Below, piece by piece: positions 35,080 to 44,497 of a stretch of 51,781 bases of DNA. Within the stretch, counting starts at the first letter, position 1. The number at the start of each line of letters is the position of its first letter. Origin of the DNA: an uncultured Alphaproteobacteria bacterium (GTDB taxonomy: Bacteria > Pseudomonadota > Alphaproteobacteria > Rs-D84). The DNA lies in the NCBI GenBank assembly GCA_905236005.1, contig CAJONJ010000044.1, forward strand, positions 1 to 51,781, read 5' to 3'. The notes beneath the pieces are model-generated. The model saw only the letters and a list, made by a program, of their open reading frames with translations. It did not search any database and was not told the DNA's origin. The position numbers and the translations under genes were made by a program.

Positions 35080-35502
35080 ATGAAAAAGATTATTTGTAGT
35101 ATTTTATTTTGTTTTGTGTGCGGGATTGCGTTTGCAACACCAGTGATGGTAACTAGGATTGTTGATGGTGATACTTTCAAAGCGACAGTATTGTTGGCTG
35201 ATGGTATAGAGGTTATGTCTGTCGGTGTACGTTTGCGTAATGTTGATACACCTGAGATACATGGTCAGTGTGATGATGAAATTATGCGTGCGGAAATGGC
35301 AAAACGAAGATTGTCAGAATTGATTCCTGTGGGGTCAGTGATTGAAATTACCAATGTGAAAAATGATAAATATCCTGGTCGTATAGATGCAAATGTTTTT
35401 GACGAACAAAATCGTGATGTTGGTCTAGTTCTTATTCAAGAAGGTCTTGGACGTCCATATTCAGGTGGCAAAAGACAATCTTGGTGTGATGGAATATACT
35501 GA
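35080..35502 (+). CDS. Secreted staphylococcal-nuclease-like (thermonuclease) protein
   Basis: Start trimmed to MKKIICSILFCFVCGIAFA; SNase motifs VTRIVDGDTFKA and VRLRNVDTPE, DKYPGRIDANV. Confidence 0.8.
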   Translation: MKKIICSILFCFVCGIAFATPVMVTRIVDGDTFKATVLLADGIEVMSVGVRLRNVDTPEIHGQCDDEIMRAEMAKRRLSELIPVGSVIEITNVKNDKYPGRIDANVFDEQNRDVGLVLIQEGLGRPYSGGKRQSWCDGIY

Positions 35503-35503
35503 T

Positions 35504-36211
35504 TTAGCAACTGTGACGGTTAATAGCTTTCCAAACGTCTTCTAGTGTTGCAGAAGATGGTAATTCTGGTTCAAAATATAGATTCATAGTGCCAGATTTC
35601 AGTTTACCATGTTTAGGCCAATATAAACCCGCATCTGTGCCGACGGGCATGATTGGTAATTTTAAATGTTCCGCTATAAATAATAAACCACGTTTTAATT
35701 GCGGACGTTGTCCTGGCATAACACGGGTGCCTTCTGGATATATAATCAATGTCATACCATCCATTATACGTTTTGTAACTTTGTTAGATAAATTTTTCAT
35801 ATTTGTCTTGCCGCGTTTTCTGTTCACACCAACCAGACCAATTCTGGCGAATGCCCAACCATAAATAGGAATCCATAATAATTCTTGTTTAATTATAAAA
35901 AATGCGTTTGGAACATGGGTTACTAAAACAGCAACTTCCAAGACAGACATGTGTTTGGCCGCTATAATAGCACGACCATCCAAACGTGTGTTTATGTTGT
36001 GCTGAAAAGGAATACCGTTTTCTGTGATTGGTGGATAATGAATTTTATATTTGATTCCACAAATTAATCTGACCCAAAACAATACCCCCCATGCATCAAT
36101 GAGTATAAAGGTGCGTTCTAATTTTGCAGATATTAATCCCAATATCAGCAAAGGAATCCACAGTATAAACCATACTAATAATATAAATTTGAATAAAATT
36201 GTTCTTAACAT
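35504..36211 (-). CDS. plsC: 1-acyl-sn-glycerol-3-phosphate (lysophospholipid) acyltransferase
   Basis: N-terminal TM, acyltransferase blocks AAKHMSVLE and IIYPEGTR. Confidence 0.82.
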   Translation of the reverse strand: MLRTILFKFILLVWFILWIPLLILGLISAKLERTFILIDAWGVLFWVRLICGIKYKIHYPPITENGIPFQHNINTRLDGRAIIAAKHMSVLEVAVLVTHVPNAFFIIKQELLWIPIYGWAFARIGLVGVNRKRGKTNMKNLSNKVTKRIMDGMTLIIYPEGTRVMPGQRPQLKRGLLFIAEHLKLPIMPVGTDAGLYWPKHGKLKSGTMNLYFEPELPSSATLEDVWKAINRHSC

Positions 36212-36215
36212 TTGT

Positions 36216-36722
36216 TTAACCTTCCTTTATACCAAATAAAGTAGCTATGTATTTTACGTATTCAATTGTCCAACGTTTAACACGAATCGGGGCAGGCATT
36301 CCTGATAATGATGCAGGACATGCGATAATGTCTGTATCTGGTAATTCGTTGCGTAATAAATACAAAGAACGATTCATATGGTCTTCGGTTGTAACAAGAA
36401 CAATACGATTTAATCTTTTATCATTTACAATTTGTTTTATTGCCAAAGCATTTTGATATGTTGATTTAGATAAAGATTCTATTTTGTCGTGTGGAATATT
36501 CAGAATGCTGGTTGCACCAGCACCAATTATATAAATGTTTCCGTATTTTAATGTTTCAAGCTTTTTTAATGCATATGGGATACGACGGACGTCACCAGTT
36601 AATACAAAAATATTATCGTTATCTTGCAAAGTATCGCATCTGGGTGGTGTAACAGATTTAAACATCATTCCACCCAATATGAAACAAAATAATAATATCA
36701 AAGATATAGGAATATATTTCAT
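36216..36722 (-). CDS. YdcF/ElyC-like (DUF218) protein
   Basis: N-terminal anchor, VLTGD..R, STYQNA and VLVTTEDHMNRS motifs characteristic of DUF218. Confidence 0.7.
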   Translation of the reverse strand: MKYIPISLILLFCFILGGMMFKSVTPPRCDTLQDNDNIFVLTGDVRRIPYALKKLETLKYGNIYIIGAGATSILNIPHDKIESLSKSTYQNALAIKQIVNDKRLNRIVLVTTEDHMNRSLYLLRNELPDTDIIACPASLSGMPAPIRVKRWTIEYVKYIATLFGIKEG

Positions 36723-37561
36723 TATTTTTCAGATAATATTCTAAGGGTTGTTTTTTTGGTTATATAAACAGCAAATATCACTATGACAACAGCTAAAATG
36801 AATAAAGCTAGCCATGAACCAGCAGATAAATTTAACGTTGCTAATAATCCAATACGTGCAGAATGTGCGGTTGATAATATCAATAATAATACCGGAATTG
36901 CTATAATAAATCCGATTAAGCATGCCAGACTGCTGATTCTTGCAATAATGATTTGCATTTGTTTAGTTATGAAAGAATCTGTGGCACCAACTTGGTTTAA
37001 TATTTCCAATTCGTGTTTGTGTAACATGGCTATGTTTCGTGAAATGTATGATATACATACACCAATAGAAGCCAATATTATCAATAAAACAAAACAAGTT
37101 ATGCTGACTAATTTCCATCCTGCCGCAACAGAGGGGTTTAATGCAGATGCATGTGTTAATACTTTTGCCTTTGTTCCAATCTGTTCTTTTAATGATGTTA
37201 TATCAGTAGCATTTTTAACACGAATTTCAAACATCTGTGGTAAATAATTGGTTATTTTTGCACCACCAGAAATCCATGGTTGCATCATACGTTCCATTTC
37301 TGATTTTGATATTTCGTTTATGGATTCTATTTTGTCATTGTTATTATTGAAAATTTTCTTTATCGCTGAGGTGTTATCAAGATTCATGATTTGGACAGTT
37401 GCATATCTGTCCCATTGAGTATTCCATTGTATTACACCATTGCTGATAGATAATGCAATACCAAAAGCCAACACAGATAAAAATGTCAAAATAGAGATTA
37501 CAATCGTCATAAATATTGATTGTTCACGAACCAAAGAAAATACAAGTTTATTTTGTTTCAT
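36722..37561 (-). CDS. ftsX: Cell division ABC transporter permease FtsX
   Basis: 279-aa ORF with one N-terminal TM, a periplasmic loop and three C-terminal TMs; its start overlaps the ftsE stop by 1 nt. Confidence 0.85.
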   Translation of the reverse strand: MKQNKLVFSLVREQSIFMTIVISILTFLSVLAFGIALSISNGVIQWNTQWDRYATVQIMNLDNTSAIKKIFNNNNDKIESINEISKSEMERMMQPWISGGAKITNYLPQMFEIRVKNATDITSLKEQIGTKAKVLTHASALNPSVAAGWKLVSITCFVLLIILASIGVCISYISRNIAMLHKHELEILNQVGATDSFITKQMQIIIARISSLACLIGFIIAIPVLLLILSTAHSARIGLLATLNLSAGSWLALFILAVVIVIFAVYITKKTTLRILSEK

Positions 37562-38343
37562 TATGCGTTTCCAATATCTTCAAATTGTTTTGACAATTGT
37601 GTAAAATAATTTTGTGCCTGTGGTTTTGGACCCTTCCATTTACGAGCCGAATCATTTTCTGGGGTAGTTCCAGAAAAAGCAACATGATGGTTTTCAACTG
37701 TAATTATTGGAAAATGGTATGTTTCTAATAATTTTTTATTATGTGTTGCTAAAATGATTGTTGTACCAAAAACCTTATTCATTTGAATAAATAATTCCAT
37801 CAATCTTGAAGCATTTTCGTCATCTAGATTTCCAGTTGGTTCGTCAGCTAATAATATAGCTGGTTGTATAATAATCGCACGAGCCACCGAAACACGCTGT
37901 TGTTGTCCCCCACTTAATTCCAAAGGGTATACGTCAGCATATTTACCCAAACCAACCCATTCAAGAGTTTTTGTTACCAGTTTTTTTATTTTATCATTTG
38001 GAAATCCACGGACCCGTAATGGCAAAGCAACATTTTCAAAAACGGTCATGTGTGAAATCAAAGAATATTCTTGAAACACTATTGCCATTTTATGTCTTAA
38101 GGCGGAAATGTCGTTTCTGGACAATGAATCACATTCTTGTCCGAATAATTTAATTTGACCACTGGCAGGTTTGTGTAACTGATATATTAAACGCAACAAA
38201 GTTGTTTTGCCAGCCCCAGATGCCCCAGTCAAAAAATAAAAAGCACCGCCACTGATGTTAAAAGACACATCTGATAACACATCGTGTCCGTTTTCGTAAT
38301 TTGCGGATACATTTGCAAAAGATATTGTTGTTTTACCTTCCAT
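37561..38343 (-). CDS. ftsE: Cell division ATP-binding protein FtsE (with short C-terminal extension)
   Basis: Walker A GASGAGKTTLL, signature LSGGQQQRV, Walker B LLADEPTGNLD; precedes ftsX. Confidence 0.92.
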   Translation of the reverse strand: MEGKTTISFANVSANYENGHDVLSDVSFNISGGAFYFLTGASGAGKTTLLRLIYQLHKPASGQIKLFGQECDSLSRNDISALRHKMAIVFQEYSLISHMTVFENVALPLRVRGFPNDKIKKLVTKTLEWVGLGKYADVYPLELSGGQQQRVSVARAIIIQPAILLADEPTGNLDDENASRLMELFIQMNKVFGTTIILATHNKKLLETYHFPIITVENHHVAFSGTTPENDSARKWKGPKPQAQNYFTQLSKQFEDIGNA

Positions 38344-38426
38344 AGCAGATTTATCATAATAAAAATTTTTTATCTGGGCAAGGTCTTTGTTGATAACATT
38401 ATTTTTTTGTAATATATGGATTTTGA

Positions 38427-38435
38427 TGATATAAT
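38427..38435 (+). promoter_or_regulatory. Extended -10 element TGATATAAT
   Basis: TGnTATAAT 39 nt upstream of the 38474 start. Confidence 0.45.
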
Positions 38436-38473
38436 AATAGCAATTATTTAATGATTATATGTAGGAGTAGACA

Positions 38474-39175
38474 TTGTTAAAGAAATTTTTTATTGTTTTG
38501 GCGGCTTTATTGCCAACGGTGGCATCTGCAAGCAGTCGTGGTCAGTATTCAATTATTAAAAAATACGATGGGGAAACCAGTATAAATTATGATGGAACAA
38601 GGTATAAACCAAAGTTATGGTATGTATCTGCACATGCTGATTTGTCTTTTTTAAGTTGGAAAAATGAATATACCGCAACAGTTAATGGGACTGATAAGTT
38701 TAATTGGAAACCTGTATATGGTGTTGATATAGCTTTTGGTCGTAAATTGAATCATTTTTGGCGTACTGATTTAGAGCTGGGGTATATGGGACAATACTCT
38801 GAATCTGAAACAGAACAATATGATACTCTGGAACATACTACATTTGATTTAAGAGCTTTTTATACCACATTAAATATGTATTATGATTTTGATAGTGGTG
38901 TGTATTTTGGTTTAGGGGCAGGTGCTGCATTTGTTAATGCTGCGTTGAATTATTCTTTGGCGACAGATGCTGTTTCTAAAAATAATGTTTCACCTATGGG
39001 TGCAGCAATGTTGGGGTTATCGTATGAATTAGATGAACATTTAAATCTAGATTTGCGTTACAGATTTGCAGCTTTTTCTGGTTCAACATTAAATATGAAT
39101 GATTGGAATTTCAAAATGAAAATTGGTTTAATAACCGATAATTCGTTTTCTGTTGGTGTCAGATGTGCGTTCTAA
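38474..39175 (+). CDS. Outer-membrane beta-barrel protein (OmpA-like/Opa-type porin family)
   Basis: Signal peptide LKKFFIVLAALLPTVASA (TTG start), alternating beta-strand pattern, aromatic girdle residues, C-terminal Phe (VGVRCAF). Confidence 0.7.
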   Translation: MLKKFFIVLAALLPTVASASSRGQYSIIKKYDGETSINYDGTRYKPKLWYVSAHADLSFLSWKNEYTATVNGTDKFNWKPVYGVDIAFGRKLNHFWRTDLELGYMGQYSESETEQYDTLEHTTFDLRAFYTTLNMYYDFDSGVYFGLGAGAAFVNAALNYSLATDAVSKNNVSPMGAAMLGLSYELDEHLNLDLRYRFAAFSGSTLNMNDWNFKMKIGLITDNSFSVGVRCAF

Positions 39176-39183
39176 TATAGGTG

Positions 39184-39756
39184 TCATATAATCGTTATAA
39201 TCAGTAATCCCAGTAAAGCAAAAACAATTGCGGCAATTGTCAGTTGCCACGAATATTTTTTTACAATTTTGTTTGCTTGTTCTTGGAATCGCCATAATAA
39301 AAATCCAATTAATGCGAAACGTCCTGTTCTGAATATTGCAGATACACCCAGAAACACTATTAATGGATAATGCAAAAATCCAGCACACAAAGCCAATAAT
39401 TTATAAGGTACAGGTGTGATAGCTGTTAAAACAATAATCAGAATACCGTATGCATTAAATAAAGATTTGGTTAATTCAAATTTATCCATTGTTGCAAAGT
39501 TTTCAATCAACCAAATACCAACTGTATCAAAAAGCCACAATCCGATTAAATAAGTTATTAAGCCACCAATAACAGAACCAATTGCGGCAGCCATCGTTAC
39601 CGGAAATGCACGTTTTTTGTTTGCTACAATAGCAGGAGTCATAAAAACTTCTGGTGGAATAAATAAAAATATAGATTCAAATACAGTCATTATAAAAACA
39701 ACCCATGCATACCAAGGTTGTTCTGATTTGTCCAAGATACGATTTATAATTTTCAT
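39184..39756 (-). CDS. YqaA/DedA-superfamily membrane protein
   Basis: 190-aa polytopic ORF with a YqaA-like N-terminal region (FLFIPPEVFMTPAIVANKKRAF...IGSVIGGLITYLIG). Confidence 0.72.
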   Translation of the reverse strand: MKIINRILDKSEQPWYAWVVFIMTVFESIFLFIPPEVFMTPAIVANKKRAFPVTMAAAIGSVIGGLITYLIGLWLFDTVGIWLIENFATMDKFELTKSLFNAYGILIIVLTAITPVPYKLLALCAGFLHYPLIVFLGVSAIFRTGRFALIGFLLWRFQEQANKIVKKYSWQLTIAAIVFALLGLLIITII

Positions 39757-39873
39757 CAGCTATATAATATGATATTCATAGAAATGACGCAAGTGTTATA
39801 AAATAAAATACTTGTTTTTTTGAATATACGGGTGTATTATTGCCGCATACGGAACCAGCAAAGGATTGGGTTT

Positions 39874-40224
39874 ATGATAAAAAAAGAAAATAATTCTAAT
39901 AGAAGTGAAAAAATAGCCAGTAAAGTTCAGACGTTGGTTGCCGAAATTTTACAACGTGATTTTTCAGAAGATGATTTAATCAGTCGGGTGTCATTATCTG
40001 GTGCTCAGTCTCGAGGTGGAATGCAGTTTGTTAAATTATTTTTTTATACGCCTGATGATGCCAGTGCTGTGCAAAAGCGTTTAGATGAGATAACTAAAAT
40101 GGTGCGTTTTACGTTGGCTCAAAAATTAAATCAAAAATATGTTCCAGAAATAAAATTTATGTATGATGATACATTGGAGCGTGCAGACAGAATTGAAGCT
40201 ATTTTAAACAAATTGGATAAATAA
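39874..40224 (+). CDS. rbfA: Ribosome-binding factor A
   Basis: Start trimmed to MIKKENN; RbfA-like pattern SRVSLSGAQSRGGMQFVKLFF...VRFTLAQKLNQKYVPEIKFMYDDTLERADRIEAIL. Confidence 0.8.
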   Translation: MIKKENNSNRSEKIASKVQTLVAEILQRDFSEDDLISRVSLSGAQSRGGMQFVKLFFYTPDDASAVQKRLDEITKMVRFTLAQKLNQKYVPEIKFMYDDTLERADRIEAILNKLDK

Positions 40225-40239
40225 AATAACGGAAAACTG

Positions 40240-42033
40240 ATGAAGCAAAGTCATATTAGAAATTTTTCCATAGTTGCACATATTGATCATGGTAAATCCA
40301 CTTTATCAGACAGATTGATTGAATATACGGGTGGATTAGAATCTCGTGAAATGAAAGCTCAGGTTTTAGATTCTATGGATATAGAACGTGAACGTGGCAT
40401 TACTATCAAAGCACAGACGGTGCGGTTGAATTACAAAGCTAAAAATGGTGAGGTATATCAATTAAATTTGATGGATACGCCTGGACATGTGGATTTTTCA
40501 TATGAAGTGTCTCGCAGTTTAGCAGCATGTGAAGGTGCAATTGTTTTGGTTGATGCGACCCAAGGGGTGCAGGCACAAACTTTGGCAAATGCATATTTGG
40601 CTTTGGATAATGATTTAGAAATGTTACCTGTGTTAAACAAAATAGATTTACCATCCAGCGATGTTGTTGCAACACGTGAACAAATTGCAGATGTTATTGG
40701 TATGGATGCGTCAAATGCATTATGTGTGTCTGGCAAGACAGGGGCTGGTGTTCCTGAATTATTAGAAGAAATTGTAAATAAATTACCTGCACCCAGTGGT
40801 AATGAAAATGGCCCAACACGTGCTTTGTTGGTAGATTCATGGTATGATTCATATCTGGGTGTTGTGGTCTTAGTTCGTGTTGTTGATGGTGAATTAAAGC
40901 GTGGTCAGAAAATTAAATTTATTGCGACTGGTGCAGAATATGTCATAGAAAAAGTTGGATATTTTACACCAAAAATGGAAAACGTAGATTCTTTAACAAC
41001 TGGTGAAATTGGTTTTATTATTACTGGTATGAAAACGATTCATGATTGCAAAGTTGGTGATACAATTTGTGATGCTAAAAATGTTGTTGAACCGTTGCCT
41101 GGTTTTAAACCATCGGTGCCAGTTGTGTTTTCAAGTTTCTTTCCAGTAGAAGCAAATGATTATCCTGATTTAAAAGAAGGTGCTGAAAAATTGGCACTGA
41201 ATGATGCTTCGTTTGTTTTTACAACTGAAAAATCATCGGCATTAGGTTTTGGGCTAAGGTGTGGATTTTTGGGCTTGTTACACATGGAAATTATCAGCGA
41301 AAGATTAAATCGTGAGTTTAATCTCAGTTTGATAAATACTGTCCCCAGCGTGTTATACAAAATTCATTTGCGAGATGGTTCTGTTATGGATTTGGAAAAT
41401 CCGGCCGATATGCCAGATATTACAAAAATAGAATCTATAGAAGAACCATGGGTGCGTGCTACGATAATGATGCCCGATAAATATATTGGGGCGATTATTG
41501 AATTGTGTTCTGCACGTCGTGGTGTTCAAGAAAATATTTCATATGTTGGTAATCGTGCTGTGTTGGTGTATCAATTACCTTTGTCTGAAATAGTTTTTGA
41601 TTTTTATGACAGGGTCAAATCTTTGTCGTCTGGTTATGCATCTTTTGATTATGTTTTGTATGAATACAGAACATCAGATTTGGTAAAGGTTTCTATTTTG
41701 GTAAATGATGAAAATGTAGAACCCTTGTCGTTTTTATGTCACAGACAATGGGCTGAAAAACGTGGTCGTCAAATCGTTGAAAAATTAAAAGATTTAATAC
41801 CCAGACATCAATTCAAGATTCCTTTGCAGGCTGCTATTGGTGGAAAAATTATCGCTCGTGAAACAATTGCTGCGTATCGTAAAGATGTTACTGCAAAATG
41901 TTATGGTGGTGATATTACTCGCAAAAGAAAACTGCTTGAAAAACAAAAAGAAGGAAAGAAACGTTTGCGGACTTTTGGTAATGTAGAAATACCACAAACC
42001 GCATTTATAAATGCTTTAAAAGTTGGAGAATAA
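40240..42033 (+). CDS. lepA: Elongation factor 4 (LepA)
   Basis: [30 protein letters not shown]-motifs and the LepA-specific C-terminal domain ([24 protein letters not shown]). Confidence 0.97.
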   Translation: MKQSHIRNFSIVAHIDHGKSTLSDRLIEYTGGLESREMKAQVLDSMDIERERGITIKAQTVRLNYKAKNGEVYQLNLMDTPGHVDFSYEVSRSLAACEGAIVLVDATQGVQAQTLANAYLALDNDLEMLPVLNKIDLPSSDVVATREQIADVIGMDASNALCVSGKTGAGVPELLEEIVNKLPAPSGNENGPTRALLVDSWYDSYLGVVVLVRVVDGELKRGQKIKFIATGAEYVIEKVGYFTPKMENVDSLTTGEIGFIITGMKTIHDCKVGDTICDAKNVVEPLPGFKPSVPVVFSSFFPVEANDYPDLKEGAEKLALNDASFVFTTEKSSALGFGLRCGFLGLLHMEIISERLNREFNLSLINTVPSVLYKIHLRDGSVMDLENPADMPDITKIESIEEPWVRATIMMPDKYIGAIIELCSARRGVQENISYVGNRAVLVYQLPLSEIVFDFYDRVKSLSSGYASFDYVLYEYRTSDLVKVSILVNDENVEPLSFLCHRQWAEKRGRQIVEKLKDLIPRHQFKIPLQAAIGGKIIARETIAAYRKDVTAKCYGGDITRKRKLLEKQKEGKKRLRTFGNVEIPQTAFINALKVGE

Positions 42034-42034
42034 A

Positions 42035-42493
42035 ATGACTATTAAACAAGATTGGGAAAATTGGAAACAAGCTCGCAATTCCGTCAAATTAATACAACGA
42101 GAAATGGAAGTTTTTTGTAAAAATGTAGTGAAAGAGTGTTCTGTTGATGAATATGAGAAAAACCGTATCAATACACGTACTTTTTCTGATATCGCTAATT
42201 ATGAATATATATCAAATCATTATTGGAATTGGTTGGCATTAAAGCATCGTTCAACGTCTTGTTTTTACAAAGCATCAGACCCAAAATATGAATTAGCAAA
42301 ATGTATTAATGTGCGTTTGGATGGGACGGTAGCATATTGCTGTAAAAAATGCCTGCATCATTCTACTATGGATGTCTTAGCATCTTTGATTAGACGTGCA
42401 GAACAGGCAAAGCAAGATAAAAGTAAAGCAATGCATAATTTGTTATGTAATGTATTGTTTTGGAAAAAAAGTAAAGAATTATTATCAAAATAA
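42035..42493 (+). CDS. Cys-motif small protein, tandem copy 1 (unknown family)
   Basis: 152 aa beginning MTIKQDWENWKQ; conserved SCF, KC-x-VR-x-DG and CxxC-x-H motifs shared with copy 2; start 1 nt after the lepA stop using the GGAGA inside the lepA end. Confidence 0.6.
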   Translation: MTIKQDWENWKQARNSVKLIQREMEVFCKNVVKECSVDEYEKNRINTRTFSDIANYEYISNHYWNWLALKHRSTSCFYKASDPKYELAKCINVRLDGTVAYCCKKCLHHSTMDVLASLIRRAEQAKQDKSKAMHNLLCNVLFWKKSKELLSK

Positions 42494-42512
42494 AAAATGG
42501 AGAATAAATAAA

Positions 42513-42977
42513 ATGACTATTATACAAGATTGGAATAACTGGCGTAGTGCAGCTGATAATACAAAAAAATTACAAAACGAAATTAAAGAACTAGCGGAAA
42601 AAATGACAAAATCATGTTCACCCGAACAGTATTGGGGGTATTACATGGAAAAATTGGACTATGGTAAATTATTGAAAAACATGAATAGTGCATCTGTTGA
42701 TAAAAAAGCAAAAGAATGTCGGGCTCCGTCTTGTTTTATCAAATTGGTGTATGATAAACCTATAAGAGAAGAAACAAAGTTACGTGATAAATGTGTACAC
42801 GTTCGTTATGATGGCAGTTTAGACGAAAAACATTGTGTTGGTTGTGAACATCGTGATGAAATGAAAGATTATATCGCTTTACAAAATAAGCTGGAAACAG
42901 CCAAGGCAGAACAATATAAATCCAGAGACATATTATTGGGACATTTGTTTTTCTGGAGACAAAAAAGAAGCATATAA
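42513..42977 (+). CDS. Cys-motif small protein, tandem copy 2 (unknown family)
   Basis: 154 aa beginning MTIIQDWNNWRS; same motif order as copy 1; preceded by the same tggagaataaa string. Confidence 0.6.
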   Translation: MTIIQDWNNWRSAADNTKKLQNEIKELAEKMTKSCSPEQYWGYYMEKLDYGKLLKNMNSASVDKKAKECRAPSCFIKLVYDKPIREETKLRDKCVHVRYDGSLDEKHCVGCEHRDEMKDYIALQNKLETAKAEQYKSRDILLGHLFFWRQKRSI

Positions 42978-42986
42978 GGTAAAATC

Positions 42987-43985
42987 ATGGCACATCAATT
43001 CTTTTTTAATGCGTATATTCTTGATAATTTACCATCACCTGAAAAAGGATTTGATGTTGTTCAGGATTTATCTGAACCACGTTTGCGTATGTATATAACG
43101 CAACGTGGTGTCAAAAGTTTTTTTGTACGTAAACGTGTAAACGGCATAGACAAAAGAATTATTATTGGTAAATATCCTGATGTTGATATAGAAGAGGCTC
43201 GTGCCAAAGTCAATGAAGTATTAGATGATGCGTGTAAAAAAATACCTGTGCGAAGAAAAAAAATTTTGTTTCAGGATTTTGTTGGTTTGTATTTAGATAG
43301 CAAAGTCAGACGTAATGAAGATTCTTTGATGAAATTAAAACGTGCTATTAAATTACATTTTAACGAATTGTATAATCATAACATTCAAGATTTAACAGAA
43401 TCAGATTTGCGAAATGTTTTGAATAAAATTTCTGGACGTGCGATGGCTGCCAGAATGCAAGAATTATTACAAAGCATATTTAATTATGCTGTTGTTATGG
43501 GATATATAAAAAATAACCCAACATCTAACATAGAAAAAATAACAGTTGTTCGGCGTGTCAGAACGTTGAAAAAATTTGGATTGCAAAAATTAGTAGAGGC
43601 TATTAACAAAGAAAAAAATTTGAATTTGCGTTCCGCATTTTTAATGTTGATTTATGGTTTTGCACCAAAAAATAAAATATTTAAAATGCGATGGGAAGAT
43701 TTAGATTTTAATCATGACGCATGGGGGGATATGCCTTTGTCTAACCGGGCTGTGTTATTATTGCAAAATATTCCGCAAAATTGTGATTGGGTTTTTACTG
43801 GAATGGGGCGGTCACATTTAACAGATCCCAGAATTGCTTGGAAACGCATAGTAACAGATGCAGGGTTACCAGACGTAACAATGGATGATGTGCATAAATT
43901 TTTGATGCGTTCTTTGGTTTGGGATTCAGACAAAGATAAATTGCGTGAAAATATGAATGATGTTTTGAACGATTTGATGGCATAG
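42987..43985 (+). CDS. P4-type tyrosine-recombinase-like protein, catalytic residues apparently lost
   Basis: N-terminal arm-binding domain typical of P4-like integrases (LRMYITQRGVKSFFVRKRVNGIDKRIIIGKYPDVDIEEARAKV) and a SAM-like core-binding domain. But box I reads LIYGFAPKN instead of LTGxR, the HxxR box is degenerate (DDVHKFLMRS), and no Tyr occurs after LIYGF. Confidence 0.75.
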   Translation: MAHQFFFNAYILDNLPSPEKGFDVVQDLSEPRLRMYITQRGVKSFFVRKRVNGIDKRIIIGKYPDVDIEEARAKVNEVLDDACKKIPVRRKKILFQDFVGLYLDSKVRRNEDSLMKLKRAIKLHFNELYNHNIQDLTESDLRNVLNKISGRAMAARMQELLQSIFNYAVVMGYIKNNPTSNIEKITVVRRVRTLKKFGLQKLVEAINKEKNLNLRSAFLMLIYGFAPKNKIFKMRWEDLDFNHDAWGDMPLSNRAVLLLQNIPQNCDWVFTGMGRSHLTDPRIAWKRIVTDAGLPDVTMDDVHKFLMRSLVWDSDKDKLRENMNDVLNDLMA

Positions 43986-44020
43986 TATTTTTGTACAAAA
44001 GTCAAACTGTTGTTATTGTT

Positions 44021-44029
44021 TGTTATAAT
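44021..44029 (+). promoter_or_regulatory. Extended -10 element TGTTATAAT upstream of acpP
   Basis: Exact TGnTATAAT in the integrase-acpP spacer. Confidence 0.45.
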
Positions 44030-44122
44030 TTCTTGACAGATTGTTCTTAAAATGGTAATTTATAAGGCAAGTCGCCTGTGGAATAACAAATGGCACAAAT
44101 TAACATAAATAAAGGATTTAAA

Positions 44123-44374
44123 ATGACAACTTTTGAAAGAGTGAAGAAAATTGTGTGTGATAAACTGGGGGTTGATGAATCCAAAGTCACAGAAAATGCA
44201 GCTTTTCTAAATGATTTAGGTGCAGATTCTTTGGATGTTGTTGAATTTATTATGGAAGTAGAAAAAGAATTCAATATCACTATTCCTGATGAAGCAGCAC
44301 AAGAATTAGCAACAGTGGGCAGTGCAGTTAAATATATTGATGAACATGTAAGCAAAACTGCAAAAGCTGCCTAG
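44123..44374 (+). CDS. acpP: Acyl carrier protein
   Basis: Start trimmed to [11 protein letters not shown]; phosphopantetheine site [13 protein letters not shown]. Confidence 0.95.
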   Translation: MTTFERVKKIVCDKLGVDESKVTENAAFLNDLGADSLDVVEFIMEVEKEFNITIPDEAAQELATVGSAVKYIDEHVSKTAKAA

Positions 44375-44497
44375 TTCTTTTAAGTTGTTGTATATTAAAT
44401 GTCGTCGTATTGCGGCGACATTATTTTTATGTATTTGCTTTATTTTATAATTTATAGTATGCTGAGTCTCAGGTTTAATACAAAGGATATGTTTATT

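Noticed and set aside
42396-42512. An upstream extension of the second Cys-motif ORF overlapping the end of the first copy
   Set aside because: The extension is Lys/Tyr/Cys-rich junk in a different frame of copy 1. The internal Met at 42513 has the same RBS string and the same MTI-QDW N-terminus as copy 1.
42021-43985. The integrase plus small genes considered as an intact prophage or ICE
   Set aside because: There are no structural, replication or transfer genes and no flanking repeats, and the integrase lacks its catalytic Tyr. At most it is a remnant.
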